A DNA stretch of 64,000 nt from Paraspadella gotoi (GCA_051294375.1 CM119267.1:18757439-18821438), one strand, 5' to 3'; counted from the stretch's first letter, positions 1 to 35,629 are shown. Numbers and translations are program-made. Notes: generated by a model not told the origin, from the sequence alone.

Positions 1-561
1 GTCGATGACGGTCGTTGACGTTGAACGACTCCATGAGTCTCTATTTTTTTTTTTTGGTGTTGTTGACCCCGATGACGCAAGAGGTCATCGTCCTCTTCGT
101 TAAAACCACTAAACAGATTTGGTCGATGGCCAAGTATTTATTCACGAATCCGGGGCGATTGACCGAACTCAATAGGCAATATATGATTTTTTTTTTCCCC
201 GAATCGAAAATCGTTACTCTTTCTCCAAACTCATTTTACGTGGTGCTTAATAATCAAAGCCCACATTTGCTCTATTTTCCCAAAGAGACCCATTTCTATT
301 CCCGACGTACAGAAGAAAAAAACATTAAAATCTAAATCTTTAAAGTCAATGATTAAACAAATCCTTAATCCTAATATTTTACTCATTCTCTAAACCATGT
401 TCCTTAACCGTAATAATCCCTAATATTTAACTTATTTTGTGACCTTAAAAACTAATCTAATCCTGAACTTAATCGGGAATCGGACGCTTTTGGACAATAT
501 GCCCCCAAACTCTTGATCCAACTCGCGCCTTACCTTTCTCCTCTGATCTCGCCCCCTCTAG

Positions 562-10696
<10,135 letters not shown>

Positions 10697-11376
10697 ATTT
10701 TTAGCGCGAAAAAATTATTTTCAAAATGTTTGAATTTGCGTTTTTTACTATTTGAAGAGAAAAGTTCTTGTTTACAAAAAAATATATATTAAAAACATAG
10801 CTGTTCAAAACTGACTTAGAAATAACCTTAATGTGTAAGGTTTCGATTGAATGAGAACCACCAAAATATTTTTTCATAACAGCTTAATACCCTGTTAGTT
10901 ACTTACAAAGTATTAAAGTCACCATGCATATACTCTAGATAGAAAACTTAATACCATCTTGATTCTTGAAAAAGTCGTTAGTGTATCAATTACCCCTCGT
11001 AGTGTGAAAAACCAAAGCATTGTGGAACTGGATCCTATTTTAACCAAAGTTCTTTTTTTTTCTGAAATAAAGTTGCTGGGCGAAAGTCGGCCACGGTAGC
11101 GATTTGTCAATAAGAAATTTATTGACACTAAATCGCTTTGTACAATGTTGCTTTTTAATGTCGTTCATTATATGTCGTAGATTTTGTTCGTCCATGGAGT
11201 ACAAGTTTTTTTTACATTGCCTTGTTACTATATTTTTTCTTTTCAGATTTTTAATAAACGCGTTTTGTTATATCGAGTATATGTAAATAAAATCGTTGAT
11301 CATACTGATGATTCGTTTCAATCAATTTTGTCAATTACACAAACGATTGTTAACTTACTAATAATTCAAAACCAAA

Positions 11377-11802
11377 GGCGTTATTTTCCGAAAGCGTCCG
11401 ATTTCTGTTCCTTGATCCTTGAAACTTAAAACGTTTAATCTAAATATTTTATAAAATTGAGGACCTAATATTTAATTTTAATCTCAAACTTTGATCCTTA
11501 ATCTTTAACCCTAATTCCTAATGCTATATGAAATTGGTAAAACCAATATAAAAATTATCTATTCATTTAATAAATGAGCTTTCTTACCCCTGACTTTGGA
11601 CAGGCTTTGGTGGTTTAAGGTCTCCATCACTCTTACAAGATAATATATATTATATTATATATATATTGCCAATAACCTTACCTGAACTGAATTTGTAGAT
11701 TTAAAAAATTAATATAATTCTGATTTCTGAATATATAACTCAATTTAATTTTTTTTAATTCTGAATTTAAGTTTAAATGGGAAGCTTTTGGAAAATACGG
11801 CC
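11377..11802. mobile_element. MITE-like element with imperfect TIRs and internal CCTAA-type repeats
   Basis: The left end GGCGTTATTTTCCGAAAGCGTCC is an imperfect inverse of the right end GGAAGCTTTTGGAAAATACGGCC. Related ends and degenerate CCTAA(T/C) tracts recur at about 268-505 and about 39800-40022. Confidence 0.55.
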
Positions 11803-11827
11803 AAATAGGAAACGCGAAAGAACTTAC

Positions 11828-23784
<11,957 letters not shown>

Positions 23785-24304
23785 CTCTGTTTTGTTTTGT
23801 TTTTTTTAGATTTTCTCTTTGTTTTGCGACAGATGTTTTTTTCTCGTATCGTAAAGAAAATTCTGAGGATCTGATTTAAAATCGCGAAAGCAAACGGGGA
23901 AAAAATTTTGACCGGTATCAAGTTAAAACTACATTTAACTTAAATGTGAGTTTGTTTTTTTTGTTTTTTTTGTTTTTTGTTATTATATATCAATTCAAAG
24001 TAAATGATCAAGTAAGCCTCAAAAAATTTACACTAACAATTTACAAATAGGAATATACGACGTTACTTTTTTTCCATTTTTTCATTTTTAATTTCACATT
24101 TACCTTTGTTTATGTAACTTATTTGTAGTTTTAAAATTCGTCCAAGAGAGGGCGCGGAGAAAGCTTTGGTTTGGGCGAAAGAAACGACTTATTTCATCTC
24201 CCGTGAACAAAGGATAAGTTTGAAATTCACGTGAATCACGTCACGATTTTACGTCTTTTTGAGGGAAACGCGAAATGACGTAAATATCACCTTGAACCGA
24301 AGGT

Positions 24305-24433
<129 letters not shown>

Positions 24434-25727
24434 GGGTTTTATTTGGCGATTAACCCGGGAACAATCGGGGCCCGAAGACGGGCCCCAGAGTCTTTCCCGA
24501 TGTTTGATGTTTGACAACAAAAAAAAAAACCCTTTAAAATCGAAGGGATTTAAGTTTCGACGGAAAAAGAGTCACTGAATTCGCGTCGTATCAAATTTCA
24601 AAACGAAGTTTCGAATTTCTCATCATTTTATCTCTATCTTCTTTATTTTTGTACAGACCGGATGTTTTTGTGGTTTTTTTTTTGTTTAATTATATCCGTC
24701 CTCATTATCATTCCGCTTATGTCTTTAAATCTTCTCGAGAATCAACTTTACTTTCTTAATTTATCTTTCCTGTATTTTTTGAAGATGTTCTATTTAAAAA
24801 AATATATATATTTTTTCCTGTTTTTTATTAAAACATTGATTAAAAAAAATACATAAAAAAACATTCTTCGATTCACTTCTAATGATTTCTCCACCAGAAA
24901 GTTATCTATTGAGTCGCCAGGCGCGACCAAATCCACAAATATCGAAACTGGGTCAAACAGAACGTGAAGGTACAAAGCATCTTTGACCCCCATACGTACG
25001 TTTTTGGAATTTTTCTTATAAGGTTGAGGTGACCGACATATTAAACTAAACTTTAAGAAAAATCTAAATTATAACTATAAAATATTATTATAATATTAAT
25101 ATAATTTAAAATATAAGCCAAAAAACGCGACAAAAACAGGGACGATGGCCTTTTTTTGAATTAACCCCGAAATTGGGCCACGGTTTCATCGAGAAATACG
25201 AAAAAAAAAGCGTTTTTGTTTATTTTTTAAATGTTCTCGTTAAAAGACAAACCCTTTCGACGATTTGCCTTTTTGTTTTTTGGGAGTTTTTTTTTCGACT
25301 CTTTCGCTGTAAATAAACGTTGAGAGTTGATTTGTTGTTAGCGTCGCACGTTGAAGGCTGAAAGATAAAGAAAGATAGAAAGAAAGACAAAAAGGAAGAA
25401 TGAACGAATGAAATAACGCGATAAAGAAAGCTAATGATAAAAAAAAAATGAATTATTAAAAAAAAAAAAACCAGATAGATAAAAAATATTATGAAAGAAT
25501 TAAGCGAACGGAAACTCCTGAAGACCGGAAATAGTTAAAATGTGAAGCCTTTTTGATCTTGTGATGCGGAAAACTTCGCAATTAAGCGAAAAATAGGAAA
25601 TGCCATAATTTTTTTTATTTTACTGTTATCATTTGTAAATTTTTTTAACTTATATTTCTCTCTTCTACGGAAAACACCTGCTCTCTGATGTCTGGTGTAG
25701 AGAAAGGGAGAGGGAGAAAGAGAAAGA

Positions 25728-25794
<67 letters not shown>

Positions 25795-26647
25795 AAGGCG
25801 ATTTTAATATGAATCACAAAACCTTCGAAATTCAATTTGCCCAGATTTATAATTTTCGATTCTTTGACGTTTGAGTCAAAATAAGATGGATTTCTTGGCT
25901 CTACTTTAGAATTCCCAATAAATCCAGTTGAATAGAGATTATTAAATTGATTAGTCTTTTGTTAGTAAGGGCATAATATAACCACAAGATTAATACAATA
26001 TCGTTGCGACAATGGCAAGAATCAGCAAGAATGCCAATTTGCCGCAATACAGCAACTGCTGGCGGGAAATATTTATTACATGAGGTTATCGAGTGCAAAA
26101 ATTTTGATTCTAATTTTAATCAAAGTTGGCGAAATGCGTCATCGCGGTTCGTGGTCAGTTATTTTTCGCTGAGCCTCGCACAGTCTCGACTGGCCACACC
26201 CAGTCACATATGATTAATGTTAACTGCGGTGTAAAATTTAATGTCACATAAGGGCTTTTTTACTTTCTATCTTACACATTCAACAATGTGATCCTTCTCG
26301 AAATAAGTACATATTTGGAGAGAAGATTGTAACTAATTAAGTGAAAACGTTGATTGGTATTTGGAGAAAAGGGTGAGGGCCGATGGGCTCTGTTTCAAAT
26401 CGTTCATTCACTGAGCGCGGGTCAACTTCCATGTTTTACTAGTACAGTCGCGCAAGGTTTTGCAATCCTGCTTCCCGGTGATTAGGTGATCTTTATCCTC
26501 TGCCGCAACAGTAAAGAATTTACATAATGATCATCAACTCATGTGCATTTATTTTGTCATTAAATTCGAGAAAAATTAAGCTACTGCATCAATTTATTTG
26601 TTTATACATGTTATGTCGAGGATGGCTAAAGGTGACGTGTCGGAATA

Positions 26648-26750
<103 letters not shown>

Positions 26751-26820
26751 CTCTCTCCTCTTATTCTACTCAATTTTCATACCGTTTCTCTTCAAAATTC
26801 AAAACCAATTCTACGCCAGA

Positions 26821-29338
26821 ATGACTCTCCGACTCTTTCCTTTGATCGTCTTTGCCGTTTTCAACGTCGCCGACATGATCACCGATATTCAAACGATCCT
26901 TCTATTCTGTCAAAAGTCTTTTTACTTCGAGAGCTGCCTAGGCGGCGCCATGGCTTTGGTCTTCGCGACGCACAGCCTCGTTTCGGGACATCGAATTTGG
27001 CGTCTTTTGACGAGCAACGCGCCGATGTATCCCCGGCTCCTCGATAATCACTGGGCGAATTCTTTGTTGGTGTTCTCGGTCTTGTCCGGCCTCGGCAACG
27101 TCGCGCTCGTGATCGACGAGCATCTCGATCGTCTTTATCTCGATCCCGAAATCGCGACTTCGAATTCGGAGACGAAAATGCGAGGAATCAAATCTCACGA
27201 ACTCATTCACTTTTGGCTCGAGTCCTTTCCGCAGACCATGCTTCAGGCGGTGGGCATTGCGTTGCAGTGGTCGAGCGGAACAAAGAAGCAATGCATCCCG
27301 ACAAAGAAAAAGAAAGAGGGCATATTGTTTAGATTTAGCGTCAATGACACAGCGGTCAAAACGAGGGAACCGTGCAAATGTAGACTCGTGTACCCAAAAC
27401 TCCAGGTTAGTTTCTTTGTTTTGATCGAATTAAAAATAATCAACCTTGAAAAATTGATTCTTTATTTTTTGAAAAAAAAAAAAAAAATAGCTCAAGACGG
27501 ACAAAAGAAATTTTTGGGGCTGCGGTTGGAAGATCGGCGATTTCGAAACGGTACTCTCATTTTTTCTGTCCGCGGCAAGCTTGTCCGTCTTCGCTATCAA
27601 ATCCCGTCAGTATCTTTTATCGCCAAGCGGTATCGCCGGCTTTCTGCAAGGCGTCTTGGGCATCGCAATCGGAGTTTATATCATTTACGTTTGGGCAATG
27701 AGATCTCCGATTTCGGTGTCACTGCTGAGCCCGACAATCCTCTTCAGGATTTTCACGCTTCCTGAATTCAAACATCGCGCGGTCAGCTTGGTTAATGGTG
27801 ATGAGCATCGTCAACAGAAACAATCATCATTCGCTCAATTTTTATTCATGATATCTTGGACAAGCATCCTCGCTTCTCTTCTCTTTTCCAGCGATAAGGA
27901 AGCGGCTCTTGACTTTCTCCAAAAAAAATTAGTCAGTCAAAAAGATATTAAAGTAGAACATCAATTTTTGGTACCGAGAATAGTTTATTTCGAATATAGA
28001 TCCCATCGCAAGAATAAAGTATGTTTCGAACTGCAAGGGTTAGCTGACAAAGTAAGATGGGAAGCTCATGACTCTAAATTACTTACAGTCAAATCCTGCA
28101 AATCTCAAAATGCATACTTTCCCCTGATCGAATATCGTCGCGAGAAAATAAAATTATTTGTAGGGAATTACGACTTTTTCGCGCCTGACTATCAAACTAT
28201 TCAAGCTCTGCTATTAGTCGATTTGTCTTCGGGAATTTTCTACGTCACCGTCTATTTCATGCAAAAGAAAAAATGGGCTAAAATATGGTTGACTCTCGTC
28301 GGGTCCATATTTCCTCTGGCGTCTGTTGGCCTCAATCTCTGCGCGAACCTCATTCACAAATCGAAAGAGCGACTTGTGGGTTTGGCTGGAAGCCAAACGG
28401 AATTCAGGTTCCAAAAAGTTAAAACCGAAAACATTTTCGGCTCCGCAGACACTCTTTACCTAACCTTCGCGACATGGCGCCATTTTTCGTTCTACGTGAT
28501 CGGACTCGTGTTCGTCCTGATGTTCATTGAAGGATTCGGGCGTCGAGGTTGGGAAAAATTTGATCCAGGACATAAACGGGCTCTCTGTTGGTGGGGAGCT
28601 ATGGCGTTCGCAATCTTTGCGGGATCGTTGGCTTTAGTGCCTCGGTTGAACAAAGGCGAGCGACCAGAAGTTGAAAAACTTCGCTCTGTTTGCGGTCAAC
28701 CGAATTTTCCGATGAATTTTTGTACCAATCAGATATTTGTTTCTCTTAAGACGAGCCAATTGAATTCGGATCCTCTGATGATACTGATATCCTCGATGCC
28801 TTTCGGGACTTGGATCGGTGTTATTTTGACAAAGGTTTTTGTCAAAAGGCGCGGTTTAGTTAAAATTCAGTTTGCAAGCGGGTTTTTAGGTATAATTTTG
28901 TGTTACTATTTTGTTCAAATCGGGAAAAAAACGGAGAACGTCAAGAGAGAGCCCTGCGAAAAAATCAAAGTGAAAGATATGACGGAAGTAATAGTGTCCG
29001 ACGAAGTACTAACCACTCCGCCATTTTTTTTATACAACTTGTTCTATCTATTTTGTCTTAGCCGGCAAACATCTCCGCCAGTGAATAAGATTGAACACTT
29101 TTTCGACAGACTCGTAACTATTTTCGGCAACGAAAAGCACAGAAATCACAAAGTTTTTCATTGCGTTTTATTTTCCGTCCCAATAATCCTCGTTTTCTTT
29201 TATTATTAGGGATACCTTGAACTTTCTTCTTTTATCAAACTCAAAGAGTTGTTTCATGTTTACATCATGTCGTTCGGAAGTTACTGGCGGACGGACGTGC
29301 CTCAGGCGTGGAGGGATAAATTTTATAGTAAATTATAA
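26821..29338 (+). CDS. XK-related (Xkr/CED-8 family-like) multipass membrane protein, about 770 aa
   Basis: Exon 1 is 26821-27405, with an N-terminal hydrophobic helix ending in DMITD and the motif HFWLESFPQTMLQ, which matches the XK ExxPQxxLQ signature. An 85-nt GT-AG intron follows. Exon 2 starts at 27491, in frame with the 542-aa ORF that stops at TAG 29209. A probable further intron at 29114-29209 leads to a last exon 29210-29338. There are many hydrophobic segments. Confidence 0.7.
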
Positions 29339-29841
29339 AAACAGCGGTCTCTAATCAATATTAACCAAACAGTCCTGGTTATTATAAATTCAGTTTTTAT
29401 ATTTGGAAAAGGTATCTATGACATCATTTATCTTAAAATATATCTAAATCATTTGAAAAAGGTTTATTTTTTGGCCTGCGTGGCATTAGCTGTACCTTTC
29501 CGCAGCTGAAGAGGACCAAATGCATTGACCTAATATCTACCTACTACTAAATGGATATAATCCTTCCCACAATACTGTTAAGCCTATGCAAAATTTTTAA
29601 TCATTACATACCCTTTTTTTTTCAAAAACGATTTTTTTACTCTAGTGCCAAAGGATCTAGACTTCTCTCTAATTTTCTAAAAGACGAAACTCTGTCTGCA
29701 CCTTATCTGCGCAACAAAGTAACTCTTTCACCCTTTTTATGTTTTTTTTACGTTTTGGCTTTTCAAGTGTTTACTATATCTAACTGTATTAAATAATTTT
29801 TTGAAAAATGTGCATTAATGTTAAATTGTTATATTGTAAAC

Positions 29842-31051
29842 TAGTGTTCCGATAACCGTTAACTGTTAACGGTTATTAACGGTTAAAAATAATTTTAACT
29901 TAACCGTTAATATATTCATTTTAACGGTTAAATTCGGTTAATTTTCAAATGTGATTTTTTTTCATTTTTTGTTATGAAATCTTTAAATTTAAAAAAAAAA
30001 ACTATTTTTTTTATGTTCTCTCTTATTCTCCTCTCCCCTCCTCACCATATTTTTACCCCTCTCTCTCTTCTCCAATTTTTCCCTGCTTTTTTCCTTTGTT
30101 ATTTTCTCCTTTTTTTTCTATCCTCATCTCTCTCTTATTTTTTCTTCCCCTTTATTTATCTCCTCCTGTTCCTTTCTTTTTCTTTCTCACTTTTCCCCTT
30201 TTTCTTTCCCCCTTTCTTTTTTCTCCTTTTTTCGCCCTTTGCTTTTACCTTTTTCCTTTTTTTGCCCTTTCATGCAATAATATATATTCAATTTAGCTAA
30301 AAATAAATAATCCCTATTTTACTTTTTCTCTCTTTTTCTTTCCTTCTTTCCCTCTCAACAAAGAAGCAAATGAAATAAAACCGAATGAATGAAAAAAATG
30401 AATAAAAAACCAAATAAAAAAATTATTTTAAAAAATGTTAAAATTAATAACAGAAGGAACGAATCTTAAAAAAGACATATAAAAAAGAATAATGATGATA
30501 TACTTTTTAATTAAACTGAAAAATATATTTATTAATCAATAAATATTTTGATCAATCGATAAATCAACCAGTCTATCAATAAATTAAAATTCATATTTAT
30601 ATTGGTCATAGTTTATGAAAGACTAACAATACAAAACAAGCGTTTAAGAAACTAACAACTACAAAAATAATGGGGAATAGAAGAAGTAGAGAAAGAAAAA
30701 GAGAAAGCAAAAGAGATAAAGAGAAAACAAAATATAGAATTAGAATTTGATGGTATCCTTTCGTTTCGTTGTGTTATGAGATTAGCAAAAATATTTGTTT
30801 TGTTACAACAACAATTTTATTTGACATAAAAAATAGACATGTTTCGACTCTGTTTCAAGTCTTTATCAGCGCATTCAAGAGCCAGAGTTAAAAAGAAAAT
30901 ACCATTAAATACTTTATTTTGTTTTAAATCTTAATATTTTAAATTTAAAGTTGAATTATAAAATTAACCGATCTTAACGGTTAACCGTTAAAAATGTTAG
31001 TTTTAACGGTTAAGCGAATTTCCTAAAAAATTAACGGTTATCGGAACTCTA
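29842..31051. mobile_element. Non-autonomous TIR DNA transposon (hAT-like MITE), about 1.2 kb
   Basis: 21-bp terminal inverted repeat TAG(T/A)GTTCCGATAACCGTTAA with 1 mismatch. AACCGTT/AACGGTT subterminal repeats cluster at both ends. The interior is AT-rich and non-coding. No convincing TSD. Confidence 0.75.
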
Positions 31052-31516
31052 ATTGGGAGTTGAAAATTTATATATGGCTTCTAATTATCAAGATTTTTAA
31101 AATTGTTTTGTTTCATATCAATATTTGTATTTGTTTATGTTTTATTTACAAAACAAAAATCTTTTAATTATATGTCGCTTTCTCTCTCTATTGTAAACTA
31201 ATTGCAAATTGTAAAATAAAATGAGCCCATCCACAAAAAAATTTATTTATGAAAAGGAAACCCTTTTTCCTCCACAAATAGATATCATCCAACGCGAAAC
31301 AAAAGAACAGAGAGAGACCGTCATTCAGATAAAAATTATTCTACTGTGGTGGACTAAAATCCACCAACCGTTCATCAACCTTTAGTCCACAATACTACGA
31401 AAAAAAAAAATAGAAACATAAATACATAATCTGTTAAAAGTTAATCATACGGAAAAAAAAAAAGATTGAAAAGAATTACGTCCACCACACCTCTCATTCC
31501 ATCGCCACCCCACTTT

Positions 31517-34500
31517 TCAACTGTCCACTTCGCAGACAAACCACCCCCACTCCGCGTCGTAGAATCCTTTGAACTCGATGGAGGTGGTTGCGACGGGCCC
31601 GAGCGGCTTGCCGAGCCCGCTGACAACGAATCCGCTGCGTCGCATGGGCGGCACGCAGACGGCGCCCGCTCCTTCGCTTTCCCCGCAGTCGTCGTCGGAG
31701 TCGTGTCGGCATGAAGACAGCTTGGCTTCCTCGCCGGTGCAACGGACGTTGTCCATGCGAAAGAAGGCGTGGACGCTTCCGTATTTAGAACCAGTCGTCA
31801 CCGCGCGGGCCTGTCGGAGAGAGGGGGGGAGGGGAAAGGGCAGGCTTGACATTTACAAGTCAGTATTCTTAGTATGATTTAAAAAAAGTTTTAATTATTG
31901 ATTTAAAAATTATATTTATATTTTTAGCTTTAGTTTTAAACAATCAAGACGACAATAACAACAAAAACGACGACTCAGTCCTCTCACCTCGAGCCCGAAC
32001 TCCCTGCAGACGACCTTGACGTCGTTCATGTCCCAGTAGTCGTCGCAAACAGGTTGTCCGCTCATCATGACGTTTCCCTCGAAGACGTTGGGTCCGCCCA
32101 CGAGCGTCACGTCTGCACTGACCTTCGGGAGCTTGGTCACGTCTGGTCCCGTGGGATCAAGGGCGGTCATCCACACGTTGGGCAGGTCCAGCAGACGACG
32201 GGCTGCTTCGGCGAAGGAGCTTGAGTGGTTTCCGACGACGTTGGGATCGGCCAACCCCGTCGTCGACAACCCCTCGGCGGGTCTCGGCCATCGGCGCTTA
32301 CAAAATTCCTCCGCCTCGGCTCTCGGTAACTGCGTTCGCACGAACCGGAAGCAGCGTTCCTCGGCGACGGCGGGCACGGCCGCGGTTTCGTTTCCGACGG
32401 CGGGAGTCGACGGCGGCTGCGGCCGGACGCAGACAGGTGACGAAATGAAGTCGTCGGGGGGCGCTGGTGGCCAACCTGAAGCGGGCTTGAGCTCACAGAC
32501 GAAACGATTCCACTGATAGCACGGACGAGTCGTCCAAAAGTGGGTGGCGTTTCTGATTACGACCTCCGCTGCCAAGCAGAGGTTCTCGAGATCCGGTGGC
32601 GCCGCCTTCCAGTCGGTGTAGCCCTCGTTCATCGCCGCGTCGCCCGTGTTCCATCTCCAGCCGTCGGCCGAGTTCTCGCGTCGACCGCCGATCCAAAGGG
32701 CGCCGCCAGCGCCGTCGAGCACGTTGATGAGCTCGGTGTTTCTCGCGGCGCTTCTTGGCTCGACGAGGCGCCCACCGAGAGACGTGCAGGCGTCGCGGCT
32801 CATCGTCCACGACGCCGGGCGACGGGATAACCAGAAGCAGGCGGCGCCGAGACGATTACAAAGACGATCTCCGTCGTCAATAGAAAATTCGTCGTCGACT
32901 CGTCCTTCATCCTGGGCATCGGCGTCGTCGTCGTCTTCTTTGACTTTATTAGTTGACAGCGTCTCGCAGACGATTCTCCGACTTTCCCAACAAGTTCCTG
33001 ATCTCCAGAAGCCCGTACTGACAGAGTAGTAAGCGCAGGATCCACCGAACCTCTCTTGCGGATACCAGGGCACTCGGAGGATGACTTGGTTGTCCAACGC
33101 GTCGTCCTCCACGCCGGGGATCGAGCCGTTCCATCTCCAGGTCCCGTCTGACGGAGGGTTGGACTGCGTGGCTCCGATCCAAAATCCATCCGCGTTGTTT
33201 TCAACGACTTGGCTAAGAAACTCGGCCTCTTTCTTCGATTCCGGCGACACGACGCGTCCCGACATCTCGCGGCAAAATTCGGCCGCCTTGTTAAAGTCCC
33301 GCGTGGGGCCGCGAGGATCGAAGAAGTAGCACTTGTTCCAACGGACGGGTGGGCCAACTTTCGTGTAATCGCGGGCGAGATGCTCGGGGCAAACGCGAAG
33401 CGGATCGCGGAAATCCCGCGACGTCTGGCGGTCGAGGAAGCGCGTCAGCGTGTACCAAATGCCGCGCAGCGCCGCGTTGTCGTTGGCGGTCGCGTTGATG
33501 GGAAGAGCGCCGTCGGCGGTGCTCCCGGAAGCGGCGGCATTCATGTCGGCGGCGGCGTCGGCCAAGCGCGTCGTGGATTGCGTCAGAGATCGTAGAGACC
33601 TCAGGATGGAGGCTAGCTTAGAGTCGGATTTTTGTCGAGAGTCAGCGTCGGCTGCGACGGCGGCTGCAGCGGCTGAGGCGGCGATCAAAGTTTGATCGAC
33701 CATGGTGGCGTTGTTGTTGTTGTCGACGCCGTTTCCGCCGCCACCGTTGTTCATGAGGACGATGACGGCGATGAAAAGGAGAAAGAGGACGAGCGTGTTG
33801 GCGCCGATGAGGATTCGTCCCCAGGGGAGACCGGCTGCGAGGGGCAAAGGGATAGATTTAATTGGGTATGTCCACTCAGATACGGACGGGGATTAAGACC
33901 GTGAGCTCAGTAATGGACAACGAGCGTAAATATTTTTCGCTGAATTAAATAAAATTAATTAATTAATGAAATAAATAAATATATAAATAAATAAATAGTT
34001 AATTAATTAATTAATTAATTAATTACTTAAATTAAATAAACAAATAAATGAATAAATTAGTTAATAAATACATAAACTCGACTTGGGGGGAATCTTGATT
34101 AAAAACTTAAAAGGACCTACTATGTTATTGTCTTGTAAGAAGGAGGGAGACCTTAACCCACCATATATATTAATTTTTTAATATTTATTTATAGATAGAA
34201 ATGGCTAAAACATTTTTTAAGATTTTTTTATTTTTAAGATCAGATTCAGGTACTAGCTTGCAAAAAGTTGTATACACAAAGTATAATTCTTTTTTTGATA
34301 TTCTGCTCATAAGTGGATAAAAAATAAGAAAAACTATTAAAAATTATTATCGTCATTATCTTTTGATAATTTTGTCATTTTTTCTAAATTCATCAAAATA
34401 ATTCGAGATTAATTAAAACTTTTTTTTTTCATCATTATATAGTAATATAGTAATTTTGATAGCAACAAGAAAGCTATTAAAATAGAAATTTTTTATAAAA

Positions 34501-34778
34501 ATTCTTCTTCAACCCGAAAGTAGACCTCAAGACTAAAGTTTTGTACCCCCTGCCCCTTTTGATTTTAATTTTATAGTAGATCTCTACCTACCGTCGCCCC
34601 ATTTCCTCGGCACCATCTTGGGTCCGGCGGTGAATGGCCCCCCGCCACGCCCACCGTAGACGCGGAATTCGTCGTCGTCGAGAATGCCGCGGGATTCGTC
34701 GCCGACCGCGCCCATCTCCACCACGCCCGTGCCCATCGCCATGGCGTACGGCTGATCGTCCGGGTTACGTTCGGACAT
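31517..34778 (-). CDS. Type II transmembrane C-type lectin (3 CTLDs) / SRCR scavenger-receptor-like protein, 775 aa
   Basis: Exons 34778-34592, 33834-31988 and 31810-31517 are GT-AG with matching phases. The order is cytoplasmic N-tail, TM helix ILIGANTLVLFLLFIAVIVL, helical neck, CTLD1 (FWIG...IVCE), CTLD2 (LWIG...FVCE) and CTLD3 (VWMT...FVCE). The SRCR reads VTLVGG..EGNV..VCDDYWDMNDVKVVCREFG..MDNVRCTGEE..C..AGAVC. Confidence 0.9.
34160..34305 (+). repeat. AT-rich dispersed repeat (second copy at 44825-44960)
   Basis: Both copies share CCATATATTAATTTTTTAATATTTATTTATA...TTTTAAGATCAGATTCAGGTA..GCTTGCAAAAAGT..AAAGTATAATTCTTTTTT. Confidence 0.7.
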
Positions 34779-35226
34779 CTTTCTTTAGTCCGCCGGAGGA
34801 TTGGCTTCTTCTTGATCCTTGTTAAAAACGAGAAAAATGAAAAATTTTTTTTTTTTTTTTTTAAAACGAAGTCATAGAAAACAAAAACAAAACAACCCCC
34901 CCCCAAAAAAAAACCAACTCTCGATTTATCGAGAAATTATATTCCTTCGTGGATCGAGAAAAAGTTATCGAACGTTTCGGGTCGTCGGCACCCGAGAATT
35001 TCCTTTTTCTGGAACGGCGCCAGTTGAATTTCGAGTCGCGGGTTCGAACCCTGGAGTCTACGGATTTTATTTAGCCGGGGAAACGATTGAAATCGGTTGT
35101 TGTATAGACGAGAGATGCTCTCCCTATGTCAATTTTTTTTATATATTATTTTTTGGGGCTCAAAGATCGTTGTAAATTAAATTAAATTGTCTTTTCATAC
35201 AATTGAAACATTCTTTGAATATTATA

Positions 35227-35405
35227 CCACTTCATTGATAGGGAAGCCAGGTACTCTGGGAGTGAATAAACGAAACTGTGAGAGAGTTTTTATCTTGTAA
35301 GAGTGATGGAGGCCTTAAACCACCAAAGCCTGTCCAAAGTCAGGGGCAAGATAGCTTATTTATTAAATGAATGGATAATTTTTATATTGGTTGTACCAAT
35401 TTCAT
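35227..35405 (+). repeat. 5'-extended copy of the same dispersed repeat
   Basis: The additional head CCACTTCATTGATAGGGAAGCCAGGTACTCTGGGAGTGAATAAACG is shared with 60843-61080. Confidence 0.8.
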
Positions 35406-35592
35406 ATTAAAAACTAATACGAGTTAAAACTAGTACTACTAGTACCACTACTAGTATTTTATAACAACAACGACTAGGAGCCCGCCTCTGCCGAATCTTC
35501 GGATCGTCGTTCCTAATCGAATTTGTCGATTTGAGAATCGACGGGATTAATCGCGGAAATAGACGATTTTTATACGGGAATTGTTGCGAGAG

Positions 35593-35629
<37 letters not shown>

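Noticed and set aside
32067-33904. Multiple antisense and alternate-frame ORFs over the lectin gene
   Set aside because: Shadow ORFs of a GC-rich coding exon.
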